From positions 1 to 64,000 of the IMG/VR virus record IMGVR_UViG_3300016744_000005: DNA of 64,000 nt, one strand, 5' to 3'. How positions within the stretch are numbered: position 1 is the first letter of the stretch; every line of letters starts with the position of its first letter. This DNA is from a virus. Its lineage: Duplodnaviria; Caudoviricetes. The notes beneath the pieces were generated by a model, which made no database searches, was not told the DNA's origin, and saw nothing but the letters and a program-made list of their open reading frames with translations. Shown one piece after another: positions 18,583 to 28,812 of the stretch. The translations under genes were made by a program, and so were the position numbers.

Positions 18583-18634
18583 ATTAGCACACCTACAAAA
18601 AAAGAGAGTACCCCGAAGGGTACTCAAAGGCGGT

Positions 18635-19063
18635 TTACTCCCACAGGCCAGCTAATTTCTTAGCCACGCCGGCAACAGATTCATTGCATTTCACACGGTT
18701 GTAAATAGTAATACCAGCTTCTACTAGCTCAGGTGTTACTTTCTGGTTTTTCTTAACGACTGGACGGGCAAAGCCTGCGCCGAAATCCACATCGTCAGTT
18801 TCCAATGTATGTTCCAAGTTAGCGACATCTTCATGCGCTTTAGCGTATTGTACAATCGCTGCGCCTACTGCATCACCATACGCAGTAGTAAAGTCTTGGC
18901 GATACGATGCCAGTGACTTAACGATATCGGTAGTAACACCTTCAGGCAGATTTTCTGTCCAGATTTTACCACCATCTTTCAACGTCACCTGATTCTGATC
19001 GTTTACCGATACTGCCGCAGCCAGAGTAGTGGTCAGTGTTTCGATACGGTTTGGTTGAGTCAT
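18635..19063 (-). CDS. paralog family member 1 (LP[DE]G[VLI]T motif)
   Basis: 142 aa; IWTENLPEGVTTDIVK; early promoter upstream. Confidence 0.8.
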   Translation of the reverse strand: MTQPNRIETLTTTLAAAVSVNDQNQVTLKDGGKIWTENLPEGVTTDIVKSLASYRQDFTTAYGDAVGAAIVQYAKAHEDVANLEHTLETDDVDFGAGFARPVVKKNQKVTPELVEAGITIYNRVKCNESVAGVAKKLAGLWE

Positions 19064-19132
19064 TTGTATTACTCCATCTTAGTACATTAATAAAAAAGTA
19101 TGAGAGGCGGATTACTCTCTTGGTTTGCAATA

Positions 19133-19143
19133 GATAATATATA
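19133..19143 (-). promoter_or_regulatory. putative early promoter
   Basis: TATATATTATC on - strand, 70 nt upstream of 19063. Confidence 0.6.
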
Positions 19144-19244
19144 CGTTAAAACGCTTTAAATCGAACCACACAGCATAGTAGTCTATAACTGATACGATGA
19201 TAAATCGTATCAGTTATAATGCAATACAATGCGTTACACGAGGT

Positions 19245-19691
19245 TTAATCAGTGGTTACAGTGGTGTCTTTAGTAGTAACGTCATCCCACAGGCTTTTCA
19301 AACGATCATAGCAAGCGTTCACGGATGTTACTGGCATCGGTACTGTTATCTCAGCAGTGGCCACTACTGGATTAGTTTTACCGCCAATGTTAATCCCAGT
19401 AGTAAATCCACCTACTTTAAAAACCACATCAGGTGTAGTGAATGTCACATCAACATTACCATACTTTTCAGCGTATTCTGGCGCTTCTACGATTACCTGA
19501 TCCATGATCTTAGACCGAATCATCGCTTCGTGAAACTGTTCACGGTACTGTGTATTCAGTTTAACAACATCTACTGTTAAGCCATCTGGCATATGTTGTT
19601 CGTAGACTTTACCTAAAGCTTCATTATCCAATTCACTCAACTGTGTGAATGGTAACGCATTGATGGATTCAACTATCTCATTTACAGCCAT
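19245..19691 (-). CDS. paralog family member 2
   Basis: 148 aa; VYEQHMPDGLTVDVVK. Confidence 0.8.
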   Translation of the reverse strand: MAVNEIVESINALPFTQLSELDNEALGKVYEQHMPDGLTVDVVKLNTQYREQFHEAMIRSKIMDQVIVEAPEYAEKYGNVDVTFTTPDVVFKVGGFTTGINIGGKTNPVVATAEITVPMPVTSVNACYDRLKSLWDDVTTKDTTVTTD

Positions 19692-19706
19692 GTGACACTC
19701 CTTTTA

Positions 19707-20156
19707 TTACATGTCGTCGAAGCTACTGACTTCTGGAGCTTTTACGGAACCAGACTCCCACTCTTCGCCAATAGCGTCTATTTCAGCACGCATATTACCC
19801 CAGACGTTCATCACTGAGTAGATTTTGCGTTCACCATCTTTCTTACTACGTTTTACTACACCTACCGAGTAGTTAACCATAGGTGTTTTAACCACTACAC
19901 TGTCAGCTTCCAAGATACTGGCCTTACACTGTAGTACTACTGCTCGACCTACAGAGGCAGTGATAGCACGCCCCATTAGTTCGTTGTGTGCTTTGACATC
20001 CAGTAAGGTGTCTTCGGTAATACCATCTGGCAGATTTTCCATGTAGACATGTTCTGCTGCCGCTTTCCAATCTGACTTAGCTGGATTACCCAATGACTGC
20101 TGGTTAGCGCGGTCAGTGATCTCCTGCGCTAACTCAGTTACTGATTTCACTGACAT
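19707..20156 (-). CDS. paralog family member 3
   Basis: 149 aa; VYMENLPDGITEDTLL. Confidence 0.8.
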   Translation of the reverse strand: MSVKSVTELAQEITDRANQQSLGNPAKSDWKAAAEHVYMENLPDGITEDTLLDVKAHNELMGRAITASVGRAVVLQCKASILEADSVVVKTPMVNYSVGVVKRSKKDGERKIYSVMNVWGNMRAEIDAIGEEWESGSVKAPEVSSFDDM

Positions 20157-20412
20157 ACGTTACTCCTGGTAATATTAAATATCTGTGGTTAGTTCAAATG
20201 ATACTACACACAGTTAAATATAAGACATCTTGAGACACTATGAGACTAGATCAGACAGCATAGAGCCATTAGGAGGAGCCGAAGCTCCTCCTAACACCTG
20301 ACGTTCATGGTACGATAGAAATAAAAGTTATAGGTTAAACTGTGTTGAACTAATCTCGTTAATAGGTATAGCTTCTAAGCACATTAATACAAACACTGCT
20401 TACCCACCTCCT

Positions 20413-20730
20413 TTATCTCTTATCGTATTTCAAGATCTGGCAGATCCCCCGCGCATACGACGTATTCAATCGTAAACTATCACTCACTGATAAATCTACA
20501 CGCAATTCCGTTAAACGATTATTAAAGATAACCAAATCCTCTTCCCGTACGATACGCAATAAAGCACGTGCCGTTCTTTTAGCATTAGAGTAATCTTTAG
20601 CCAATACTTCACTGATATGATCTAAGGTTACTTCGCCAGCTAACCCTTTGATTACCAGATCCTGTACTACATTGACCCCTAACCGCAACAAAGTATGTGG
20701 TATAGGGAGATTGAAACTTTGAGTTGCCAT
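20413..20730 (-). CDS. hypothetical protein
   Basis: 105 aa ORF in operon orientation. Confidence 0.6.
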   Translation of the reverse strand: MATQSFNLPIPHTLLRLGVNVVQDLVIKGLAGEVTLDHISEVLAKDYSNAKRTARALLRIVREEDLVIFNNRLTELRVDLSVSDSLRLNTSYARGICQILKYDKR

Positions 20731-20781
20731 TGAAACCGCCTATAATTTCTTGCAACAGAATATAAGCGTCGATATCTACAC

Positions 20782-21474
20782 TTACGTAGCCTCGGCGCGT
20801 TCTTTCGCCACGGCTCTCAGTTTCGACAGTGCGTTGTTCCATTCACCAGCACTTAAAGTTGATAGAGATTGCACTGGGGCCATCGCTTTTCCGTTATAGG
20901 CAGTTAGTTCACCCATTAACTCAAAGCTATAAAACCCTGGAGTGAGATTTTTATCAGTAAGTTTAAACGCTGCATCGACTTTTAAGTAGAACACGTTTTT
21001 AATACTAACATCACCATTGACGATCGTAGAACTCGTCGAATGGAGTAATACCGTGCCTACGCGACTAGGGACGATCTCATACATCTCTGGCGCATACGGT
21101 ACTACCCATATCTCACCGGTTTGTGGTCCATCTGGCACCAAACGTTTCGATGGTTTAATCACTGCTTCTACTGGCATTTTGTAGACAGCGAATAATCCAT
21201 TCCACGGTTTACTGACATCATAACTACCGTAGTAATCAACATAGGAGTCTCTTACTGCAGTGTGACCATAAATACAGCCAATGAGATTAGAGGCACCGCA
21301 GATGCGCGGAATAGTGCGATCTTCAACTTTCATTTGTCGAAAACCGATCCGTGGTCGCATCTTTTTAATGGCTTGATCGGTAGAGATGTGTAGAAAATCC
21401 ACCCCTTTTAAAACCGTCATGCTCTTTCGCATATCAGGTAACTGATTTGCAAGCCATGTGTCTATTTTAGCCAT
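20782..21474 (-). CDS. hypothetical protein, possible ADP-ribosyltransferase-like fold
   Basis: FLHIS...PRI...EDRTIPRICGAS...TGEIWV motif spacing; GGAG SD before the ATG at 21474. Confidence 0.45.
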   Translation of the reverse strand: MAKIDTWLANQLPDMRKSMTVLKGVDFLHISTDQAIKKMRPRIGFRQMKVEDRTIPRICGASNLIGCIYGHTAVRDSYVDYYGSYDVSKPWNGLFAVYKMPVEAVIKPSKRLVPDGPQTGEIWVVPYAPEMYEIVPSRVGTVLLHSTSSTIVNGDVSIKNVFYLKVDAAFKLTDKNLTPGFYSFELMGELTAYNGKAMAPVQSLSTLSAGEWNNALSKLRAVAKERAEAT

Positions 21475-21489
21475 GTCTCCACCCAACCC

Positions 21490-22272
21490 TTACCATTTCG
21501 TTAAGGCTGCTGGACGACCGAAGGTCTGCGCATTCTGACGGATGCGTTGCAACGCTTCATCTAATCCTTGACCTTGGTTTGATTCCATCCCCAAACCAAT
21601 ACCATTTGAACGTTTGTAGCCTGCAGCTACGTTCTCCAGTACAGCTAATGGGATGTCTACTGATGCGTGATCTACACCCACACAGAACGACTCTAATCCA
21701 GGGGCATTGAATTTATGTGCTTTCGAAATACCTGGCTCAACGACCCAGTCAAACGAAATTAGCTCTTGGATACTACGCATGATAGTAGAGCCCACACGGC
21801 GTTCTTCTACCAAACTACGTATACTAAAGCACACATTTTGATTCGGGTTTTCTAAGGCGGCTTTTAACAGATGTCCTTTTTCACGATCAGGTTTTACCCA
21901 ACCGTAAATAACACACACCCGTTTACCATACGCACCTGACTCCTCCATCACTAATTCGATTTCACGGATGTGTGCACAGATGTTGTGCCCATCAATATAT
22001 CGAATGCGACGTACGTAGTCGTCGATAGACATACCCGGAGCCCATTCCGGGTGTTCTACTTCACTGTATAGATTACCACCTCGAATCCGCCGCATGAAAG
22101 AGGAGCTCTCCTCAAACACTGCTTTGGAACTATCGTAGTCGTAAAAGATACCCGCTGCATTATGGAAATTCAAAGCACCAAGAATAAGTTTGTAATACCC
22201 ATGTTCATCTGGTTTCAGGATACCGGTTTTATTGGTCCCTGCCAATGCAGTACATGTAAACTTAATGCTCAT
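21490..22272 (-). CDS. prohead maturation protease (phiKZ gp175-like)
   Basis: EVEHPE (His), FSIRS (Ser), SFDWVVEPG (Asp); C-terminal GLE/GME sites fit the S/A/G-X-E cleavage rule; synteny with vRNAP genes. Confidence 0.88.
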   Translation of the reverse strand: MSIKFTCTALAGTNKTGILKPDEHGYYKLILGALNFHNAAGIFYDYDSSKAVFEESSSFMRRIRGGNLYSEVEHPEWAPGMSIDDYVRRIRYIDGHNICAHIREIELVMEESGAYGKRVCVIYGWVKPDREKGHLLKAALENPNQNVCFSIRSLVEERRVGSTIMRSIQELISFDWVVEPGISKAHKFNAPGLESFCVGVDHASVDIPLAVLENVAAGYKRSNGIGLGMESNQGQGLDEALQRIRQNAQTFGRPAALTKW

Positions 22273-22280
22273 GTTAAGAC

Positions 22281-23003
22281 CTATTTAATCAGTAATTCCT
22301 CTAACGGTTCACTACGCTGTGGTTCGGATAGTAACGCAGATTTAATCCCACGTTGTAGTTCAGAACCATTCAGTCTCGCTAAGTTAGAAGTAGTGTTGAT
22401 GGCGATGTCACGTAAGGGAACAAAGCGAGGTTTCCCAGTAATCTCACCTTCCGTGGTAATCGCATGACGGTAGTACTCCCGTACGTTTTTAGGGTTACGT
22501 GAAATACCTGCCACGATAATATCTAATACTGGCTGACCTTGACCCATACGCATGTTGTTGTAATACCGAGATTGACTGAATAACTCTGCCAAATCCTGGT
22601 AATTCATAAACCACGGCGTATGTCCGTAGTCGATGAAATAGTCCATGATGTAGTTAGTTAATTTTTTATTCTTAACTGACATGGTATTCTGTATTACTAC
22701 ACTACCTGGATTAAATGAGAATTTAAAGTACTCCTCATCATCCATCTGTACCGTGTTGATCTGATCAGGACTGATCGTCAACATACAAGTAGCATTAGAG
22801 ACACAATACGTTACATCATCGATAAAGAGCGCGTATACGCCCAATATAGACACCTCTGACGTAATCACTGCCAACCCTTTATCAGTATAGTTAGCAGGTA
22901 CATAAATCGTACAGCCAGATTTAGTGATTAGCTGATGATCTGGTGTCTCTACCAGTGTGCTACGCACTCGTGCAGCATCGCGCTTGAGTTTTGAGGTGTC
23001 CAT
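22281..23003 (-). CDS. virion RNAP beta' C-terminal-like subunit (phiKZ gp176-like)
   Basis: C-terminus FVPLRDIAINTTSNLARLNGSELQRGIKSAL parallels the beta' C-terminal conserved region; synteny. Confidence 0.65.
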   Translation of the reverse strand: MDTSKLKRDAARVRSTLVETPDHQLITKSGCTIYVPANYTDKGLAVITSEVSILGVYALFIDDVTYCVSNATCMLTISPDQINTVQMDDEEYFKFSFNPGSVVIQNTMSVKNKKLTNYIMDYFIDYGHTPWFMNYQDLAELFSQSRYYNNMRMGQGQPVLDIIVAGISRNPKNVREYYRHAITTEGEITGKPRFVPLRDIAINTTSNLARLNGSELQRGIKSALLSEPQRSEPLEELLIK

Positions 23004-23015
23004 ATTCTACCTTAG

Positions 23016-24467
23016 TTATTTTGCCACAGTCACTGAACCAGCAACCCAATCCGTGATGTACTCCACGACTGTCAATGTCGCTGCTTCTTCACCAGTATAC
23101 CCTTTCTCACACAACTCACTGATACGAGTCAGGATATATAAAGCTGGTGTGTGTTTGAACAGGATATGCGAGACCAGTGTCAAACAGATCTGACCGAGTT
23201 CAGCCGTTTGATAATGACTGATCTTACTGATGTGTTTTTTCGCTTCATCCATCATCGCAGATTTATTTGCAGTAGGATGTAGCAAACTAGGATTGATCTC
23301 TTGGATCTCTCCACAAATCACTGTATACAATGCATCACGAATACGTGCCAGATATTCACTGTCTTGTTTAAAACGACGTGCAGTATGGAATCGTGCCCAC
23401 GCTGCTTGATAATCAGCAGATTTAGTCAGTAAGTTATCAAACTGCAATCCCACAACATCACCCTGCATGATCGCACCGTATACTAACTCAGGTGTACCGC
23501 CAGCATCAATGAACTTATCGTATACCACACCGTTTAAATAAATGGTACCGGTGTTAGATTGATAACCCAGTAACAGACGTTTTCCAGCCAGATCATCCGC
23601 TTGTTGTCCCAGTGCCGCTACACATGCACTACCGGTCGCCACTGAGAGTCGAGTCATCAGCGTTTCCCAATCCGTCAACGACATACCAGAGTTAGCCACC
23701 GGCTTATCTGCTAATACAGTACACATCAGGAATTGTAACAACATCAAATCCAGATCATTCCAGTACTGTGCACGATACCCACCAATAGGATCAGTCGATA
23801 AGAATAACGAAGTCCATACCATACCAGCAGTCAGATTACGATCTTTCAGGGTCATCTGTATCAGTGTGTCTAATTCAGCACTACCTGTCACCAGATACTC
23901 TGCTGCCAGATTTTCAGGCATTGGAATCTGTGGGATTTCATTACGTGCCACACTGGTAGGTTTCTGGTAATGTTTAAATCGACCCAGGGTATTCAGTACG
24001 ATACCAGATTGCCAGATCGCTGAATTATACAGCGGTACGATTTCATACGGCTCTACGACCGTTTGTGCTACTTCTAAAGAGTGTTCTACTTTAGATATCA
24101 CATCGCTAACTAACGGTTTCACGACATTACGAGCAAAGCCTAATGCACGGATCACTGAGTCAGCTACCAGATTAGTTGCTTTATGCATAGTCTCGTTGTG
24201 TACCGATACTGGTACATGTACTACTTGACCATCATCCGTATCCAAGATCACCGCTTCATGCTTACCGTAGATCGGGTCTGCTTGCAGTGATTCTAACCAG
24301 TGTTTTTCCCAACCAACTGCATCGCCATAGATTTCAGTTAATGGAGTATCTGCTGCTACTACTAATGCACCTAAAATACTGTTACCATCGGCACCCAGTC
24401 GAACACCACCGGCGTTAACTTGGTCTACCAGCGGATAAACTGCATTCAGGGAAGTTTGACTAATCAT
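23016..24467 (-). CDS. virion head protein (phiKZ gp177-like)
   Basis: 483 aa; synteny between protease and vRNAP. Confidence 0.6.
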   Translation of the reverse strand: MISQTSLNAVYPLVDQVNAGGVRLGADGNSILGALVVAADTPLTEIYGDAVGWEKHWLESLQADPIYGKHEAVILDTDDGQVVHVPVSVHNETMHKATNLVADSVIRALGFARNVVKPLVSDVISKVEHSLEVAQTVVEPYEIVPLYNSAIWQSGIVLNTLGRFKHYQKPTSVARNEIPQIPMPENLAAEYLVTGSAELDTLIQMTLKDRNLTAGMVWTSLFLSTDPIGGYRAQYWNDLDLMLLQFLMCTVLADKPVANSGMSLTDWETLMTRLSVATGSACVAALGQQADDLAGKRLLLGYQSNTGTIYLNGVVYDKFIDAGGTPELVYGAIMQGDVVGLQFDNLLTKSADYQAAWARFHTARRFKQDSEYLARIRDALYTVICGEIQEINPSLLHPTANKSAMMDEAKKHISKISHYQTAELGQICLTLVSHILFKHTPALYILTRISELCEKGYTGEEAATLTVVEYITDWVAGSVTVAK

Positions 24468-24471
24468 GGCC

Positions 24472-24666
24472 TTAAGCTCCCTGGTTCATACGTACTTGTG
24501 ACGCTAAACGCGCCACGACCGCGTCTGCAATGATCTGACGTGTTTGTTTTACGCCACCTACTTCTTTCGAAGTATCATTACCCATAACCTGCATAACTGC
24601 TTCGGTGATTAACTCTACCGCATTGCTGGCCACTATTAAATTGTGACGCTGTTGTGATATGTGCAT
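24472..24666 (-). CDS. small hypothetical protein
   Basis: 64 aa; GGAG SD. Confidence 0.65.
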   Translation of the reverse strand: MHISQQRHNLIVASNAVELITEAVMQVMGNDTSKEVGGVKQTRQIIADAVVARLASQVRMNQGA

Positions 24667-24723
24667 ATAACGCTCCGGAGAATATGAATTATACTGGCGA
24701 GGTAGCGACCCTCGCCAGCTAGA

Positions 24724-27279
24724 TTACTGTAATACTGCTCGACATTTTTCAGCGATTAAACGACACAGTGTATTAGTAGTACCGATTTTGTAACACGATA
24801 ATACGATACGCGCATCCACTGAGACTTTACCAAAGACCGCATCGATCTTACCACCATCTTTGGATACATTACGTCCAATCAATACACGACGAGTCGTGGT
24901 TTTCAACTGATTCGCAAAGACGAATTTATCCCCACCGATTGAACCTACATGTTTACTGATATAGATACGGATCACCACTGTGTCTAATTCGACTGGTTTC
25001 CCATCAATACGTAAACTACTATCTACACGTCCATGATCAGCCATTAACTCAGGTGATACTGCTGATTCACGTTTTCGATTACGATCACCTTGATTTACTA
25101 AAGCTAAAACGCTCGGCGACATATCTTCTTTGACCCCATTGTAGAAAACTTCAATACGGTCAATCACCCCTTTCATTTTAGCTTTAGGTACTTGGTTACT
25201 AATCGCTTGTAACGTATCCATGGATAAATCGGTAAAGACGTCCGAGGTTGCCGTGAGGGCATCCTCGATCGTACATAAGATAGTTTCTGGGTCGACTAGG
25301 TCTCCCTTTTGAACTAAGTTATGTACTGCTTGGTCAAAGCGTACAGTAACAGTTTTGGTTTTGGTTATTTCCGCTGTCAGTTTCAACGCCAGGTCTTCAG
25401 AGAGAGCATTAGTATCTTCTAAAGTATCCACCCCTTCGATTAGTGCAGTACGTGCGATTACCCCCGCTTTCCAGTTCACCTGTTTCGGATTGATCAGATC
25501 CGGTTCAAAGAACTTGGAGTTGTAGGTCAATACATCGTTAGCTTTAATCGTATCACCTGCCTTTACATTCGCAGTGATATCGTGTGGGTAGATAGACCCT
25601 TCATGTCGTCCAAAGTAGCGTCCTACTTTATACGATTTAACATAAGAGTTACCAGTCACCGGCGTATACTCTACTGTGACTAATTCTTCAGTAGCCACTA
25701 ACACACGACCATCAGCTTCTGCTGTTACCGCTTGGTTATCATTAGTACGGTGTGCTACGACTTTTTCATAGCCAGTACGTAACCCAGTAACCTCATAACC
25801 CACTGCTGCAATGCCTGAACCATGCTGCGTGTTAACGAAATTTACGCGCTTTGAATCATCAAACGTTGATCCTGGTGCCAGTGCAGCATAGCTACTCAGC
25901 ATTTGATTTACGTCTAGTTGATCCTTCGGTATCGGTTTAACCATCCCATCCACATCATCGAATACTGGATTAGATGTTAGATACGCTGTGATTGCCACAT
26001 CTCCACTATCTACCGTAGCTTCCGATACTACACCTAAATCAGACTCATGATATTTACGTGTCCGTTTTACCATTGATCGTCTACTACGTCCGCCGTTACC
26101 ACCAAAGGTCACTACGTCTGCTTCTTTAATAGACTGTATCGGATTGCCATCTGATGCCGGCATTACTGATGGATCTTGGGTGATGCTCTGCCACACGGCA
26201 TTATTAGGTAACTCGAACTTCTTACGTGTACCTGGTTTATTCCGGTAATCACGTAATGCTCGCGTTAACTCTGTGTAGATAGCTCCAGGCACACGCTGCA
26301 TGCCAAAGATATGCATGTAATTCAAATCAGTTTCTTCAGGATGCTGATCCGTAGTGAGGAGCTCATTCGCTCGTCGTAATAAACCTTTAAAAGTCACTGG
26401 TTCATGCATCTTCCGCAAGATACGCTCGGTAATCGGATCGACAAACAACTGATCCATGTTATCCAACTCATTCAGATAACGCACGGTTAATCCGTTCTTC
26501 TGAATCAGATTCAAATACACATCAGGTTGGTTTAGATCACGTTGTGTGAAATCACGTGCGACTTTCAGATACGGTTCAAAGCCATTAAAGATCAGGGCCT
26601 GTGCCGGGGTATCTGGACTGATGACTAGCTTAGCATCCGCTAGTTTCACCACCAGATCAGTAGGTTGTGTCACTACCCGCTCTGCGGCATCATAAACCCG
26701 ATACGGTGTTTTAAAGAGCTTCAATGCCCCTTCTAATCCAAAGTAATACCCGAAGATCAATCCCAATGGAATTGCTTTACCCATCATGGATAATTCAGTA
26801 AACTCACGCGGTGCACGTGTTAAGTCTAACTGTAACAGCTCTGGTAGAGTACCTACTGGTTCAAACTTATTCGCAGTGCGTCGATAGACCTGACTGGCAT
26901 GGTCCATTTCATACACCGCAGTAGCATCTTTACCCACTACGATAGTCTCCGCTTTAGCCGCGGTAGTCACTGCTTCAGCACCATAGATTTCATCAACCTT
27001 ATTGATGTCAAAGGTAAAAGTGACTTGATTAGCAGTAAACCCACTAATCCGTTGCGCGATAGCTGAGTAATCACGTGGTACTGTTTGTGTAGGGTCAAAA
27101 CAGTTAGCGAATTTCAGATCAGTGATGGTATGGTCCGTGGTATCGATACCACGCATGACTATTTCATTGGTTAACCACTTAGGACGATCGTTAGCGGCTT
27201 TCTCACTACGTCGAATAAAGTTCTTACCATAGAAGCTAGTTAGTGACACGGTATCTGGACTTGTTTTTCGGATGGGAAG
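24724..27279 (-). CDS. virion RNAP beta subunit (phiKZ gp178-like), exon 2
   Basis: VTFGGNGGRSRRSM, SEATVDSGDV, DDSKRVNF, GGDKFVFANQLKT are beta-type motifs; resumes at LPIRK after the intron terminal G. Confidence 0.9.
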   Translation of the reverse strand, partial: LPIRKTSPDTVSLTSFYGKNFIRRSEKAANDRPKWLTNEIVMRGIDTTDHTITDLKFANCFDPTQTVPRDYSAIAQRISGFTANQVTFTFDINKVDEIYGAEAVTTAAKAETIVVGKDATAVYEMDHASQVYRRTANKFEPVGTLPELLQLDLTRAPREFTELSMMGKAIPLGLIFGYYFGLEGALKLFKTPYRVYDAAERVVTQPTDLVVKLADAKLVISPDTPAQALIFNGFEPYLKVARDFTQRDLNQPDVYLNLIQKNGLTVRYLNELDNMDQLFVDPITERILRKMHEPVTFKGLLRRANELLTTDQHPEETDLNYMHIFGMQRVPGAIYTELTRALRDYRNKPGTRKKFELPNNAVWQSITQDPSVMPASDGNPIQSIKEADVVTFGGNGGRSRRSMVKRTRKYHESDLGVVSEATVDSGDVAITAYLTSNPVFDDVDGMVKPIPKDQLDVNQMLSSYAALAPGSTFDDSKRVNFVNTQHGSGIAAVGYEVTGLRTGYEKVVAHRTNDNQAVTAEADGRVLVATEELVTVEYTPVTGNSYVKSYKVGRYFGRHEGSIYPHDITANVKAGDTIKANDVLTYNSKFFEPDLINPKQVNWKAGVIARTALIEGVDTLEDTNALSEDLALKLTAEITKTKTVTVRFDQAVHNLVQKGDLVDPETILCTIEDALTATSDVFTDLSMDTLQAISNQVPKAKMKGVIDRIEVFYNGVKEDMSPSVLALVNQGDRNRKRESAVSPELMADHGRVDSSLRIDGKPVELDTVVIRIYISKHVGSIGGDKFVFANQLKTTTRRVLIGRNVSKDGGKIDAVFGKVSVDARIVLSCYKIGTTNTLCRLIAEKCRAVLQ

Positions 27280-28812
27280 CACTCCCATCATAGTGGACCA
27301 TATATTCATCTCAGCTTTGCTGAGAGCCTACCGTTTCGGGTTTCCCCTACTCTACTCACTTTAACCGCGTTTACACGCAGCCAACTGGCTATTACACTAC
27401 AGTTGTCATTAATCTCCGAAGAGACGTAGCTTTCGATGGCCTCTGAACACATCCCATGGCTTATGCTTTAGGGACTTCGTTGCGCCGATTGTGTCAGCAC
27501 TATACGTTTTTACCATGCCTATCACTTCCATTACTGGGATAGGTATTACACTGCATTTCTACGTGTAAGTGGTAGTATAGTGGTTATAGACAGGTTCCCG
27601 CAGTTAGGTAGGTTTCGCTAGAGTCAACTCGCGCCGACTCAGTGGACCGATTGTAAATGATTAAGCAGAAATAATATTTAGATTAATAAGTTCTTTCTTT
27701 AAATTATCGAATAATTTATTACCGGACAAATCTTTATAGTTAAATACGAGTAAATGCATGTTGTTTTCCACAGCAAATTTAACTTTAACAACATCGTTTC
27801 GTACTGTACATAAGTGATTGTCCCATCCACCAAATCTATCTACTGGCTCATAATGTTGTATACCGTGAAACTCAATTAATACATTATGTTTTGGCAAATA
27901 GAAGTCAAACCTATATCTACTACCTTTAAATGAATATTCTTTTTTAAAAGTAATACCGAATTGATCTAAGTAATGTGCGATCATTCGTTCACCGTAGCTT
28001 TCACGACATCTGGGGCAACCAGACTTATTGGCTATGTGTGAGTTAGGTCTAACGTAAAACTCCCCATGATATTTACAGACTACAGTTAGTTTAGTTTTAC
28101 TATTAACATAAACCGCCCGACTGTAATCGTAAGTATTACCATGGATTTTATTGGCAGTAGTTATAAATTCTTCTAAAGTATTCTTAGTACTTAATATACC
28201 ACATTTTTTACAATTGTGCCCTGCAAGATGTGCACGCGCTGGCTGTTTAAAGTAGCCGTGTGTAGGACATTTTATTTCTACAGTGGCTTGTATGGTATCA
28301 AGTACAACTTTATCATAACCGTATTTATTCCCATGTACTTGTCGTGCTTTATCAATGAACTCATCAGTTGATAGTCGTCTATCAAATGGGGCGCATTTAG
28401 GACACTTACTACCATTATGGTAATGGGTAATGGGTTTAGTATCCCAATCACCATGTATGGGACATGTAATTGTGACAGGTGTAGTAGTGTTAACAAATTT
28501 AACTTTATCATAATTGTACTTGAATCCATGCACATCTATAGATTTTTCAATAAAGTCTTCTTGTGTTAAATTACCACAACATTTAGTACAGCCGCGGCGC
28601 CCACTTATCAAATTACATGGCCATGCAGTATAAATAGTATTGTGGATACTACACTTAACGTTAACACGTGTACGGTTATTTCGATAATCTAAATCTGGAA
28701 ACGAGATACTGTCTCCATAAATTTTCTTTATTTGCGATAAGAACTTTTTAACCCTAAGCTTTCTGTTTCTCATATACGTATACCATGTAATAAAATACAT
28801 AGTATAGTGTTA
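27280..28812 (-). mobile_element. group I intron (1533 nt) in the vRNAP beta gene
   Basis: 5' exon ends in U (GTGGAT), intron ends in G. Core elements P AACUGCGGGAA, R GUUCAGAGGCCAU, S AAUAUAUGGUC. IGS GUCCACU pairs with AGUGGAU. Splicing gives in-frame RKQRVD|LPIRK. Confidence 0.88.
27661..28800 (-). CDS. intron-encoded homing endonuclease: Cys/His zinc-binding repeats + C-terminal Vsr-like PD-(D/E)XK (EDxHD-type) nuclease
   Basis: Four CxxHG...CxxC-type repeats; SYGE...RFDFYLP...IEFHGIQH; AT-rich relative to the exons. Confidence 0.85.
   Translation of the reverse strand: MYFITWYTYMRNRKLRVKKFLSQIKKIYGDSISFPDLDYRNNRTRVNVKCSIHNTIYTAWPCNLISGRRGCTKCCGNLTQEDFIEKSIDVHGFKYNYDKVKFVNTTTPVTITCPIHGDWDTKPITHYHNGSKCPKCAPFDRRLSTDEFIDKARQVHGNKYGYDKVVLDTIQATVEIKCPTHGYFKQPARAHLAGHNCKKCGILSTKNTLEEFITTANKIHGNTYDYSRAVYVNSKTKLTVVCKYHGEFYVRPNSHIANKSGCPRCRESYGERMIAHYLDQFGITFKKEYSFKGSRYRFDFYLPKHNVLIEFHGIQHYEPVDRFGGWDNHLCTVRNDVVKVKFAVENNMHLLVFNYKDLSGNKLFDNLKKELINLNIISA

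Noticed and set aside
27280-27309. Independent start of the 861-aa RNAP ORF
   Set aside because: MNIWSTMMGV is intron P7/P9 sequence; the ORF is exon 2.
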